From: Candidatus Latescibacterota bacterium
GTDB lineage: Bacteria; Latescibacterota; UBA2968
Reading direction: 5' to 3'
NCBI GenBank assembly: GCA_965205975.1
Contig: OZ242195.1
Span: 3,520,001-3,584,000, forward strand
DNA: 64,000 bases
Within the stretch, counting starts at the first letter, position 1, and every line of letters begins with the position of its first letter. The notes under the pieces were generated by a model, which was not told the DNA's origin, ran no database searches, and saw only the letters and a program-made list of their open reading frames with translations. Below, one piece after another: positions 37,682 to 48,438 of this stretch. Made by a program: the position numbers and the translations under genes.

Positions 37682-40600
37682 CTAAAAGAACTCGGGAGCG
37701 GTGCCAGTAAAGTGATCTAAAAAAATCAGAAAATCAGGCGTGCCAATGGTCCCATCGCCATTCAGGTCCATCTCAGCATTAAAACCATCATCACCTTCGG
37801 AGAGACCAAACACATTCACAAAAAGTAAGAAATCTGCTACATCAACCACACCATCATCATTAAAGTCTGCGATCAGACGAACAGTCATAGAAAAGCTGCC
37901 AGTTCCTGTCCTGCCGTGGTCATCGGTTACAGTGACGGTAAGCGTGAAAGTGCCTCTTTGTGTGGGTGTGCCTGTAATCTGTCCACTGCTTGAATTGATA
38001 GACAGACCAGAACCTGTGGCAGGGTTGCTGGACAGGGCATAGGAGTATGGCGTTTGTCCGCCTGATGCTGAGACCTGAATAGGGGTAATGGGACTGTTGG
38101 TCTGCACACCACTGATCTTGACGGATATATCGTCTATTGTCGAGACGCTCACACGCGGTCTGACGCGCATAGTGAAATAGCGACTTTCCTGTGTGGGGGG
38201 AGCACGACCAATGACAGCATTTCGCACTGCGACTGTGATCCTGAAATCGCTACTCACTGTGGGTGTGCCTGTGATGCGGCCATTCGTATCGATAGACAGA
38301 CCAGAACCTGAGGGAGGGTTGCTCTGTGGGAGAGGGGCATTCGCTGGGGGAGGGTTGCTCCCTATCCAATACGCATAGGACCCGTTACCCCCTGATGCTT
38401 TTACCTGTATGGTGTCAATTGCTACATTCTGAGTGGCTGTCACATCCGCTATTGCCGCGATCTGTATGGGCCGAGTAGCCGCAGAAACAGACAAATTAAA
38501 CGTTGTCGATGCCTCACCACCTACAGCATCCCGCACGGTCACTGTAATGTCAGAGTCGCCAGCCGCTGTGGGTGTGCCTGTGATGAGAGCCGTGTTTTGA
38601 TTTTGATTCAGGACGATACCCGAAGGCAAGTCAGATGTGGAATAGGTATAAGGTGTCCACCCTCCTGATGCCGTCACCGATATATCTGTAATTGCCCATT
38701 TTGAGTGGCTGTCACACCCGCTATTGATGCGATTGTAAGGGATGTATTATAAGTATTGCTCAACAATGTCATATCCGTCAAGGTTTGCGTCCCTTGCAAA
38801 TCCAGGCCAACCACTGCGTATTGAATTGTACAATGGCTCATGGTCAAATGGCCGTGATTTCTGATGCCATACCAGTCTCCTGCCGCAGGCGTTGAACTGT
38901 CGGAACGAAATACAACGGGCTGCGAGCTTGTTCCATTGGCGTTTATCTCTCCGTAGTTGATAATATCGATGTGATTTGCATCTTTCATGCCGTGAATATC
39001 TCGATTGGGAGCGGCTCTGATCACCGTGCCAGCGTCAATTGTCAAGGTCGCGCCAGGATAGACCACAATATCACCAATCAGATTTATTGTACCGCTCCAG
39101 CTAACGTCTTGCACAATTGGGAAGTGTTGAAATTCGGTATAGGGAACATTAACCTTATCGTAACCACTCGCTCCCCAACTGTCCCAACCGCTATGCAACG
39201 GTCCAGCAGCCGCCTTATTATCCCCTTGGCTTGGGACGAACGCTGTTCCCCATAATGCTCCGGTGCCCAACCAACTCATTTCTGGTGACAAACCCTTATT
39301 CGGTTGATCTGGATCTGGATTGGGTAAAAGTATTAAATCATAAGATTCTGCAACATCGGGTGTGTCCTCAACATTGGTGCTCAGGACAACGCCACTCTTT
39401 GTCAGGTCTTCATCAACACCGAATTTACCAGCACTGGTATAATTGCCTCCTGTGGGAAACGAGCCATGGGAACCTGCTCCTACATAGATAACCGGATGCG
39501 TTTCGCCTTCAGCCGGTGTAAAATCTATTCGAGGATTGAAAATTCTTTCACCCCTGCTGGTATAATTCATACCTTTGCCATGAAATTTGTAGTCGATTCC
39601 AACGAGTTCTGCGTCATTTGGATCATAAGATGTTACGCGAACATTAACGTGCGGCCAATCTCCTTCGTGGTCATTTTGAAAATCATTAAAGGGATAAAAG
39701 TAATAATACTGTATGACGACTTGACCGCCTTCGTCAAAAATATGCACGTATGCTGTATGGGGAAAATTTGGATGATCTCCACGCTTAGGATGAGTAGTGC
39801 TATTATAGTAATCATACCAGCTATCTTTACCCTCACTCTCATCATCCCTGTCCCCGTTACCAGGATATTCAAAATGTGCCGTCACCGGATGGGCTCCAGT
39901 AGCGTAATCCCCCGGAGGACGACCAGTATAACTTAAAACTTCAGGTAAAGACGCAAATTTATTCTGTGAAAAATTAATATCAGCATACAGGCTTTGGTAA
40001 GCACTAAGCAGATCAGAACTCCATCCTGGCGCGGGATATTGAAAACTTTCTAAAAATTGTCCTGTAATAGTATGAAGGCTAAACCAAAGATTAGAAACAG
40101 ACTCTGCACCCATGATCTCTACAGGCTCAGGAAAGATCACTTTGCGGTCTGGTTGTGTTAGATTTTTTGTCAAAATCAAAATCGGAGAAAATAGTTTGGC
40201 AAGCTCTATCGAATAAACACTCATATCGAAACTGTGATCCGCAGTATTACCGTGGTCATCGGTCACGGTTACCGTGATTGGGAAAGTCCCATCCTGTGAG
40301 GGGCTGCCGGTGATGCGATTATCACTTGATAATGAGATGCCTGAAGGTGCGCCAGATATGGAATACGTATAGGGGTCCCAACCTCCGGTTGCTGATAGAT
40401 GAATCGGGGTAATTGATTTGTCCTGTTCTACGGTTTTATACGCTATTGATGAGACGCTCAATGGCGGATTGATTGTTATGTCCAGGTTCTGACTCGCACT
40501 CTGGCCTCCGTTATCCTGCACTACGACTCTTACTTCGAAAATCCCATGCTCTGTGGGTCTGCCTGTGAGGGTTCCCGATTGATTAATCTCCAGACCATCG

Positions 40601-42078
40601 GGTGCGCCGTTTTCGTCTATGGTATATGTATAGGGCGGTTGGCCTCCGGATACGTTTATCTGAGGGGTATTAGATGTTGATGAGGTCCAGATGGAACTGT
40701 CTTCTGTGCCCTGTATATCTTCAGGCCATGTTACTGTCATTGGCGATAATGATGGTGAGGCACTGGCCTCATTGGATTCTGTGCTTTCGCCTTTTGCGTT
40801 TACCGCACGCACCTTGTAGGTGTAGGTAGTGCCATTGGACAGGCTGGTGACGGTGTAGCTGTTGGCGTTGGTCTGATCTTCGGCACTGTTGGCAATATCG
40901 GTCCAGTTGCCAAACGAACCCGATCCTACTTTCTCCTGGTATTGGTGTTTGGTGATGGGACTGCCACCGTTGCCCGGTGTGGTCCAGGTCAGGGTTATCT
41001 GAGTGCTACCGGCTTGTGCGGTGAGGTTGGTTGGTGCGTTGGGTATTGTGGCTGGTGAGGCACTGGCCTCATTGGATTCTGAGCTTTCGCCTTTTGCGTT
41101 CACCGCACGTACCTTGTAGGTGTAGGTAGTGCCGTTGGTCAGGCTGGTGATGGTGTAGCTGTTGGTGTTGGTTTGATCTTCGGCACTGTTAGAGATGTCG
41201 GTCCAGTTGCCAAACGAACCCGATCCTACTTTCTCCTGGTATTGGTGTTTTGTGATGGGGCTGCCGCCATTGCCCAGTGTGGTCCAGGTCAGGGTTATCT
41301 GAGTGCTACCGGCCTGCGCGGTGAGGTTCGTTGGTGCGTCGGGTACTGTGGCTGGTGTGGTGCTGTCTTCATTGGATTCTGTGCTTTCGCCTTGTGCGTT
41401 TACGGCACGTACTTGATAGGTGTAAGAGGTGCCATTGGTCAGGCTGGTGACGGTGTAGCTGTTGGCGTTGGTCTGATCCTCTGCACTGTTGGCGATGTCG
41501 GTCCAGTTGCCAAACGAACCCGATCCTACTTTTTCGCGGTATTGGTGTTTTGTGATGGCACTACCGCCATTGCCCGGTGTGGTCCAGGTCAGGGTTATCT
41601 GAGTGCTACCAGCTTGTGCGGTGAGGCTCGTTGGTGCAGGTGGAGCAGACGCCGGGGTGTTGTTGCTTACCGTCTGGTTGGTAATGGCCGCGGCTTGATT
41701 GCCCGATAGGTCTTGGACCGGGTTGGTCGCAGGTACGGTATAGGACACGGTCACTATGTCGCCAGCCTGCACGGATGAGTAGAGCACCGCTATCACGAAT
41801 GTTCTGATTACGACAACATCCAGCACGCCTCGGGAAGCACCGTTGACAGTGACCGTGAATGCCGAATTGTCTGGATCCGAATTACTGTCCAGTGTCTCGT
41901 TGTAGATCAGTTCGAGTTGTCTGCCGTTGATCCTTGCGGACTCCAGTGCCGGAGCGGTGGTGTCCTGTTCTTGCGCTGCGGCTGGCAGGACCGATAGTGC
42001 GGTGAGTAGGGCAAGGATATAGTGGGTAAGGCATTTTCTGAAATTGACAGTGAAAGTGGATGTTTCTGTATGAGTCAT
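37682..42078 (-). CDS. Large surface protein: SwmB-like, 3x FN3, putative-Ig repeats, NPP1/Vps62-like domain, beta-helix, C-terminal dockerin-like EF-hand pair; one frameshift near 38696
   Basis: ORFs 38674-42138 and 37682-38677 join if one base is added, giving ATQNxAITDISVTASGG, which matches the paralogous repeat ATQNVAIDTIQVKASGG. Confidence 0.75.
40745..41640 (-). repeat. Three near-identical 300 bp FN3-coding tandem repeats
   Basis: GGTCCAGGTCAGGGTTATCTGAGTGCTACC at 40981, 41281 and 41581. Confidence 0.95.
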
Positions 42079-42496
42079 TTTTGCCTTTCCTTTCGTAAAA
42101 GGTTGAGGGTGGCGTTGGATGGAAAATAGATTTAACACACGTTTACATTGATTTTAAAAAAAAGCCATATATCTTGTCAAGATTTTCTTTTCACATAATT
42201 CACACGTTTGTGGCACGCGATGAGATAGATGAGGCCTGTGATCAACATGATGCAAAAAGCGTGCCAGAAAACGTTTTCAAACAAAAAAAGCACTTAAAAT
42301 CATTCAAGTGCTTGAAAAACAAAGAGATAAAATTTGAGAATTATTTGTGCTGCAAATGCGAGATTACCCCATTGCCAATCAAAGCATGTGTTGAACTCGA
42401 TCAAGGATAGGGTTGCGTTTGTAAACAATTTTTCATAAACTTGCGTTATGGTAATGCGACTTACAGGTTAAAAAGCAAAAAAGACGAGGAGACCCT

Positions 42497-43324
42497 ATGC
42501 CCATAACCGACGCCCTGCCCGACATGAAGCGGGAACTGAAATTTTACCCAGCCAAAACTGACGCGCCCAAAAAACTGACGCGGGCGCAAATCCGGCACTT
42601 CAACGAAAAGGGATACATCTTCCCGCTCGACGTCTTCAGCAAAAAAGAAGCCGAAGCCAATCGCGCGTACTTTGACAAACTCATGAACAAAGCACAGGCC
42701 GCGGGCAGAAACAGCTACTCAATCAACGGGTGGCACCGCAGTTGCAAAGGCATCTACGACCTGCTCGTCGATAACCGCATCCTCGACTACGTCGAAGACC
42801 TGCTCGGGCCCAACCTCGTCTCGCGCATGACCCACTACTTCAGCAAAATGCCCGGAGACGGGAAAAAAGTCGCCTTTCATCAAGACGCATCCTACTGGCC
42901 CCTCACACCCTCCAAAACCGTAACCGTCTGGCTCGCCATAGACGATGTTGACCTCGCAAACGCCCCCATGGAAGTCATCCCCGGCTCGCACCTCCACGGA
43001 CAAATACCCTTTGAACGCAGCACACCAGAAGAAAACAACGTCCTCGGACAATCTGTTCACCACGCCGAAAAATTTGGCGACCCCGTGCCCCTGATCATGA
43101 AAGCCGGGCAAATCTCCATCCACTCCGACCTGTTGCTACACGGCTCCAGACCCAACACCTCGCAACGGCGTCGCTGCGGCCTGACCCTGCGATACATGCC
43201 CCCCGAAGTCCGCACCCGAGAAACCGACCACGCACCAGCGGTCTTATGCCGCGGCATTGATCCTTCGGGATACTGGCAGCACATCCCCCGTCCCAACGGC
43301 GACGAAATCCCAAAAAGAAAGTGA
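42497..43324 (+). CDS. Phytanoyl-CoA dioxygenase (PhyH) family Fe/2OG enzyme
   Basis: FHQDASYW, TVWLAIDD, IPGSH, LLHGS..N.S..RR. Confidence 0.9.
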   Translation: MPITDALPDMKRELKFYPAKTDAPKKLTRAQIRHFNEKGYIFPLDVFSKKEAEANRAYFDKLMNKAQAAGRNSYSINGWHRSCKGIYDLLVDNRILDYVEDLLGPNLVSRMTHYFSKMPGDGKKVAFHQDASYWPLTPSKTVTVWLAIDDVDLANAPMEVIPGSHLHGQIPFERSTPEENNVLGQSVHHAEKFGDPVPLIMKAGQISIHSDLLLHGSRPNTSQRRRCGLTLRYMPPEVRTRETDHAPAVLCRGIDPSGYWQHIPRPNGDEIPKRK

Positions 43325-43329
43325 AACGC

Positions 43330-44712
43330 CTATATCACTGTCCGTTTCCATCTACCCTTTAGATAGGATGTCCAGACCAGAACGCCTTGGATAATGCCGC
43401 CAATCAGCCAGGCAATCCAGATGCCGAGGGTATCCATCCCAAACAGAAAAGCCAGAATGTATGACAACGGCAGCATAACCACCCATTGCGCCAAAACCGT
43501 GTAATAGAGCGGAGGCTTAGTCTCGCCGCCACCTGCCAGGACGCCTGCGGACACGATGGACAACGCAGAAAAAATCTGCGCAATCGTAAAAAACCAGAGC
43601 ATGACATAGCCCATATCAATAACGGCCACCGAATCGGTAAACAGATCGACGATTTCCCGGGCGAAGGCACAAATGATAATGGCGCAAACAACGATAAACA
43701 CCATACAGAGCCGGATCGCACTTGCCCCAAAGCGTTCCGCTTGCGGTATTTGCTTTGCGCCCAATCGCTGACCAACCAGAGCAGTTGCCGCGACGCCAAA
43801 AGCCAGCGCTGGCATAATGCCGATCATCCGCATCTGTAGCCCAATCGTCAACGCGGCAACAGCAGTCGTGGGCTGCGAGGTCCAACTCGCCACCCGATAA
43901 AACAGGATACGCGCGCCATTGCGGAAAAATCCCTGAATACCCGCCGGCACCCCGATTCGCATCATCCGCCCGATAATATCGCGGTTAAAAGACAGACGCC
44001 AGGTCCAGCGCATATGCACACGCGAGCGCCCGGAAGTAAGCAGCCAAAAACCGACAATACAACCGACAGCCCGCGACGCGAGCGTACCAACTGCAGCACC
44101 ACAAACCCCCATCTGCGGCAGCCCCCAGGCGCCAAAGATCAAGCCATAGGTGAGGGGAAGCTTCAAAATTATAATAAGACACGAAATTTTTAACGGCGTT
44201 CGGGTATCGCCAGCACCGCCAAAAATCGCACTGATGAGATAATTGAGCATCATAAAAATGACGCCGCCAAAATAGATGCGCAGGAACGGCACGGCATGGC
44301 CGAGCACCTCGGGCTGTGCCCCCAACAAGATCAACGTCGGACGGGCGATCAAGCCCCCGAGCAAGGCCATAACAACGGCCAGCAGTGCCCCCATCAGAAT
44401 CGCCTGTTGCGCCGTATGACTGAGGTCTTTATGGCGCTCAGCCCCGTAAAATTGGGCAACCAGAGTACGCGACCCGGTACTGATCGACATCGCCATCACC
44501 ATCGTCAGAAACAGAATTTGCCGACTGAGTCCCACCGCTGAAATTGCTTCCGGACCCAGCTGCCCGACCATAGAGATATCGATGAGGCCCTCCATGGCAT
44601 CGAGCATCGAAGCGGCCACCACGGGCCAGGCAATAGCCCAGACCTGGGGCAGAACAGGCGTCTGATCTATGGGGGTTGCGGGCGTGCGGGAAGCCGATCC
44701 GGATTGGGACAT
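43330..44712 (-). CDS. MATE-family efflux transporter
   Basis: About 12 TM; IDISMVGQLG, GAGDTRTPL, VGQRLGA. Confidence 0.9.
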   Translation of the reverse strand: MSQSGSASRTPATPIDQTPVLPQVWAIAWPVVAASMLDAMEGLIDISMVGQLGPEAISAVGLSRQILFLTMVMAMSISTGSRTLVAQFYGAERHKDLSHTAQQAILMGALLAVVMALLGGLIARPTLILLGAQPEVLGHAVPFLRIYFGGVIFMMLNYLISAIFGGAGDTRTPLKISCLIIILKLPLTYGLIFGAWGLPQMGVCGAAVGTLASRAVGCIVGFWLLTSGRSRVHMRWTWRLSFNRDIIGRMMRIGVPAGIQGFFRNGARILFYRVASWTSQPTTAVAALTIGLQMRMIGIMPALAFGVAATALVGQRLGAKQIPQAERFGASAIRLCMVFIVVCAIIICAFAREIVDLFTDSVAVIDMGYVMLWFFTIAQIFSALSIVSAGVLAGGGETKPPLYYTVLAQWVVMLPLSYILAFLFGMDTLGIWIAWLIGGIIQGVLVWTSYLKGRWKRTVI

Positions 44713-44720
44713 AGATGTGC

Positions 44721-46439
44721 TCAGTCGGCAGTTGGGTGGGAAATAGTGGGGAGCACGAGCCGCGAAGGATGGGCTGCCGAGTGATGTACGGCATTCGTCG
44801 CCCTCACCAGCTCGGTATCTGCCAGATCGTTCCTTCCCGTGTTGTGATTGCGGTCGTGGTTGGGGAAGTCGCTGGATGTGATCTCCAGGCGAATGCGATG
44901 GCCCGGCTCAAAACGGCAGGCCGTTGGACCGAGTTGGATACGCAATTCCACCACCGTCCCCAATTCCAACAGTTCTTCACTATCGAGGCCATTGCGGTGA
45001 CGCGCGCACACCATGCCATAGCACATCTCCAGCGCGGGCGCCTGGTCCCCGTCTGTGGACGGGTACTCATCCACCAGGCGCGCAAAAAAATCCGTATCTG
45101 GCGCTGACGAACTGACAAAGAGGACAGCTTCTGGATAGCCGGCAATCTCCACGGCCTCGGTCAGGGGCGCAGAGCGGTAGCAGAGGATGTCATCGCGATC
45201 TTCCAGCAGACGCCGGTCCGACGGACCCGTAAACAACTGCTTTGTCCACAAAGTTGGCACCGGATCGTGGGGATCGTATTCAAAGCGATCAACACCGTCA
45301 TTTCCACCGTCAACCGAGAGCCGCCCGGAGCCGCCAAATCCGGCATTGCCATCGCTGCTCAACAAATACGCGCGGGGTGTCGTATTCGGCGGCGGCCAGG
45401 TATCGGCCTCGCGCCAATACCCCCCCTTCCCCGCCATCGCGAAATAGCGCACTGCTGGCTCGTCATCAATACCATTGTCGTCTTCCTTGAGCCAGTAGTC
45501 GAACCAGCGGATGATCATGCCCGGCAAATCGACCTCGGCATCCGACCCAAAGTCGAACCCCGCCACCTGCCGACTACCGAGACTCGGATGATTCCAAGGT
45601 CCGGCGATCAGCTTTGTCTGCGACCGCGCCTGCGCGGTGCGGCCATTGCGCTGCATCAGTTGCAGATGCCACATCGAGCCATTGCAGTGATCGTACCAGC
45701 CGCTAAAATCGAGATTTGGCACCGCAACTTCCCCGTGTACCTCGTCGAACCGCCATGCCCGCCGGTTTGGGTGCGCCAGCCAGTCTCTCGCGTACTCCGC
45801 CAGCCCCGGCGGCAGGTGGCGCGGAAAATCGAGCCACGGAAGGTAGTCGAGCCATTGTTTTTCGACATCCTCGTTCCATTCCTCCAGCGCCTCCGCTGGC
45901 GTGTGCGGCGGCGGCAATCCATGACGTCGCCGAAGATCCGGCGCCATAGAAGTGAGCCACCACTTGATGCGTCGTCCCGGCCGGAACCCGCCCGGCCAAT
46001 CCACCTCTGTCAATTCCAGGGGAATCGTGTACGCACACATCGCCAATAGATGCGGCGGGCGCAATTTGGCCAACTGCCACTGCATCCAGGCATTATAAGA
46101 AGCTCCCAGAGTCCCCACCCTGCCATTGCACCACGGCTGCGCCGCCAACCACTCTACAGAATCATAACCATCCTCGGCATCCCCCGTATGCGCCTCGGTA
46201 AACGGTACCCAATCACCCTCAGACCCGTAACGCCCACGCGAATCCATACTCACCACGGCATAACCAGCGCGCACATAGCGCTCAAATCCGGACTTCGAAC
46301 GACCGTACGGCGTACGCAACAAAATCCCAGGGAAGCGCCCCGCCGCATCGGGACGGAACACATGCGCCGCCATCCGCACCCCATCGCGCATCGGCACCCG
46401 CACATCGGGTTCAGTAAGAATCTCCATAGCATTATTCAT
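44721..46439 (-). CDS. CocE/NonD-family serine hydrolase
   Basis: VPMRDGVR, RTPY, GASYNA nucleophile motif, GPWNH, YDPHDPVPT. Confidence 0.9.
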   Translation of the reverse strand: MNNAMEILTEPDVRVPMRDGVRMAAHVFRPDAAGRFPGILLRTPYGRSKSGFERYVRAGYAVVSMDSRGRYGSEGDWVPFTEAHTGDAEDGYDSVEWLAAQPWCNGRVGTLGASYNAWMQWQLAKLRPPHLLAMCAYTIPLELTEVDWPGGFRPGRRIKWWLTSMAPDLRRRHGLPPPHTPAEALEEWNEDVEKQWLDYLPWLDFPRHLPPGLAEYARDWLAHPNRRAWRFDEVHGEVAVPNLDFSGWYDHCNGSMWHLQLMQRNGRTAQARSQTKLIAGPWNHPSLGSRQVAGFDFGSDAEVDLPGMIIRWFDYWLKEDDNGIDDEPAVRYFAMAGKGGYWREADTWPPPNTTPRAYLLSSDGNAGFGGSGRLSVDGGNDGVDRFEYDPHDPVPTLWTKQLFTGPSDRRLLEDRDDILCYRSAPLTEAVEIAGYPEAVLFVSSSAPDTDFFARLVDEYPSTDGDQAPALEMCYGMVCARHRNGLDSEELLELGTVVELRIQLGPTACRFEPGHRIRLEITSSDFPNHDRNHNTGRNDLADTELVRATNAVHHSAAHPSRLVLPTISHPTAD

Positions 46440-47323
46440 CGCACAGGCTCCGTATCAATAGTACCCATCGGCACCTCTATCAGATCCTCTCCGAGGATCA
46501 CCTGACCGTCGAAAACCTCTCCCACCTCGTGCAGCACCCGCTCCCGCACGCCCGGCGTTTCCAACTGCTCCGTCAAATGAACGAGCACCAGCGTCTCCAC
46601 ACCCGCATCCCGCGCCGTAGTCGCCGCATCGAGATGACCAGAACAACAACTCGTCAGGCGTTCGTCATCGACCGCGCCATTGATGAAGTGGCACATGTGC
46701 AGCAGCACATCCGCACCCCTTGCCAGATCCGTAAGCCGATCTACTGGCGCTGTATCGCCGCCAAATACGATGGTACCATCAGGTGTAGTCAAACGATATG
46801 CCAGACAGGTAAGCTGGGGCTGCACGTGTACCACCTCTGCCACATCGACCTGCCAGTTGTCGGTCTCTATCCGATCTCCGGATCCAACCTCGCGCACCTG
46901 TGGACTGGGCCTCTTCCGAGGCATAACGCCGCCGCGCGCCTCGTACACGAAATGGCTACCCGGGTGCAAAGTGCGGGCAGCCAGATCCGGGCCAAAAGCA
47001 CCATCGGCAGAAAACAACCGGTGCGCCATATGCGCTGTTGGCTCCGGGCCGTACACCTGCAACTCCGGTATCTGGCCGACGCTCTGATCCCAGCGCGTCA
47101 GCACCAGATAGGCAAAATCGATACAGTGGTCGTAGTGCAGATGGGTGAGAAACAAATGATCAATCGAAGGCAGAGCAAGCCCCGCTTCGAGCATGCGCCG
47201 CACCGACGCCGGACCGCAATCGAAGATCAGGGTCTCGTCGCCCGTCTGGACGAGATAGCTGGAGCCGCCGCGGTGCGCGAGTGGGGCAGGCGTGCCGGTA
47301 CAGAGGAGTTGAAGTCGCGTCAT
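46436..47323 (-). CDS. MBL-fold metallo-hydrolase (RNase Z/AtsA-like); start revised to 47323
   Basis: LLCTGTP, THLHYDHC, GGDT, LVLVH. Confidence 0.85.
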   Translation of the reverse strand: MTRLQLLCTGTPAPLAHRGGSSYLVQTGDETLIFDCGPASVRRMLEAGLALPSIDHLFLTHLHYDHCIDFAYLVLTRWDQSVGQIPELQVYGPEPTAHMAHRLFSADGAFGPDLAARTLHPGSHFVYEARGGVMPRKRPSPQVREVGSGDRIETDNWQVDVAEVVHVQPQLTCLAYRLTTPDGTIVFGGDTAPVDRLTDLARGADVLLHMCHFINGAVDDERLTSCCSGHLDAATTARDAGVETLVLVHLTEQLETPGVRERVLHEVGEVFDGQVILGEDLIEVPMGTIDTEPVR

Positions 47324-47394
47324 CCCTTTTGTCCTATCTTGCAATTCATATGCACAATATCCGACAAATCTCACCCAAGCGCAATGCCAACTCT

Positions 47395-48423
47395 TCATCC
47401 TCTGAGCAACCTCTCCAGAACCTTCTGAGCCACGTCCATATGGAACTGATGCCCCCCGTCGAACCGATCCACAAACAGATCCTCTATAGCACCTGCAGCC
47501 CGATACGCCTTCCGAATCCGCGCCAGACCGCGCGCTGCCCAATTGTTGGGAATAAGCCGATCCTGTGTCCCAATCTCAATCACCATAGGCCGGGGCGCGA
47601 TCAGTGAAAAAATCTCTGGGGTATCGCCATAGCGGAGCAGACCGGGAATCAACTGCGCGCCGCACTGACTCAGAGCCTGGTAGCGTTCCTGATACAAATT
47701 CATACACCCGGAAGGAACCGTGATCTTAATCCGGGAATCAAATGCCGAAATCATCATCGTCATCCGCCCTCCCAGCGACAGCCCCGCGCACCCCAACCGG
47801 TCCCCATCGACAAAATCGAGCCCCTGTAAAACATCCAGAGCAGCCTCCAAATCGCAGAGATGGAGCGCCACCACAGTAGTACCCAGCAAAGTAGCACACA
47901 TATAATTCCGGGGACAAAAATCAGTTCGGGGACCGGGATAGCCGGGTCTGCGCTCTCCAAACCCCCGAAGATCCGGAGCGAGGACCACATAGCCCTGTTC
48001 TGCAAACCCGTGCCCAAAATCGTAACTGCACTTATCGATCTCAGCCTGCCGCTCAGGCGTATCATTAAGCCCCACCACACTATCCTTCCCAAAATGCCCG
48101 TGCCCGTGAATACAGAGAAGCCCCGGCGCTTTATCCCCCTGCGCCAGGCCCTTTGGCACCAGGAGATAAGCCGGCACAAAAACCCCGGACTCCGTCTGAT
48201 AGGAAATCCGCCTGCGCACGTACACACCGCAATCGATCTCCTCCTCAAACTCAAGACAAAGCGCAGCCCGTTCGGGCCGCGGGCCGATCAGCCCGCTCAG
48301 CACATCTCGAAACGCTTCCTGCCAGACGCAAAAATCCTCCGGCGTACTCCCCTCAAACAGAAGAGACGGCTGCGCCTGATCGATCAAACGAGAAAGATCG
48401 TCTTCAAAAGATATAGGTCGCAA
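47395..48423 (-). CDS. Alpha/beta hydrolase (dienelactone hydrolase/esterase-like)
   Basis: VPAYLLVP, IHGHG, GLSLGG, LIAPRP, GGH. Confidence 0.85.
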   Translation of the reverse strand: MRPISFEDDLSRLIDQAQPSLLFEGSTPEDFCVWQEAFRDVLSGLIGPRPERAALCLEFEEEIDCGVYVRRRISYQTESGVFVPAYLLVPKGLAQGDKAPGLLCIHGHGHFGKDSVVGLNDTPERQAEIDKCSYDFGHGFAEQGYVVLAPDLRGFGERRPGYPGPRTDFCPRNYMCATLLGTTVVALHLCDLEAALDVLQGLDFVDGDRLGCAGLSLGGRMTMMISAFDSRIKITVPSGCMNLYQERYQALSQCGAQLIPGLLRYGDTPEIFSLIAPRPMVIEIGTQDRLIPNNWAARGLARIRKAYRAAGAIEDLFVDRFDGGHQFHMDVAQKVLERLLRG

Positions 48424-48438
48424 AAAATCCTCCTTTGC

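Noticed and set aside
35461..38300. Diversity-generating retroelement TR/VR pair
   Set aside because: Differences between the Ig-repeat copies are not adenine-specific and no reverse transcriptase is present
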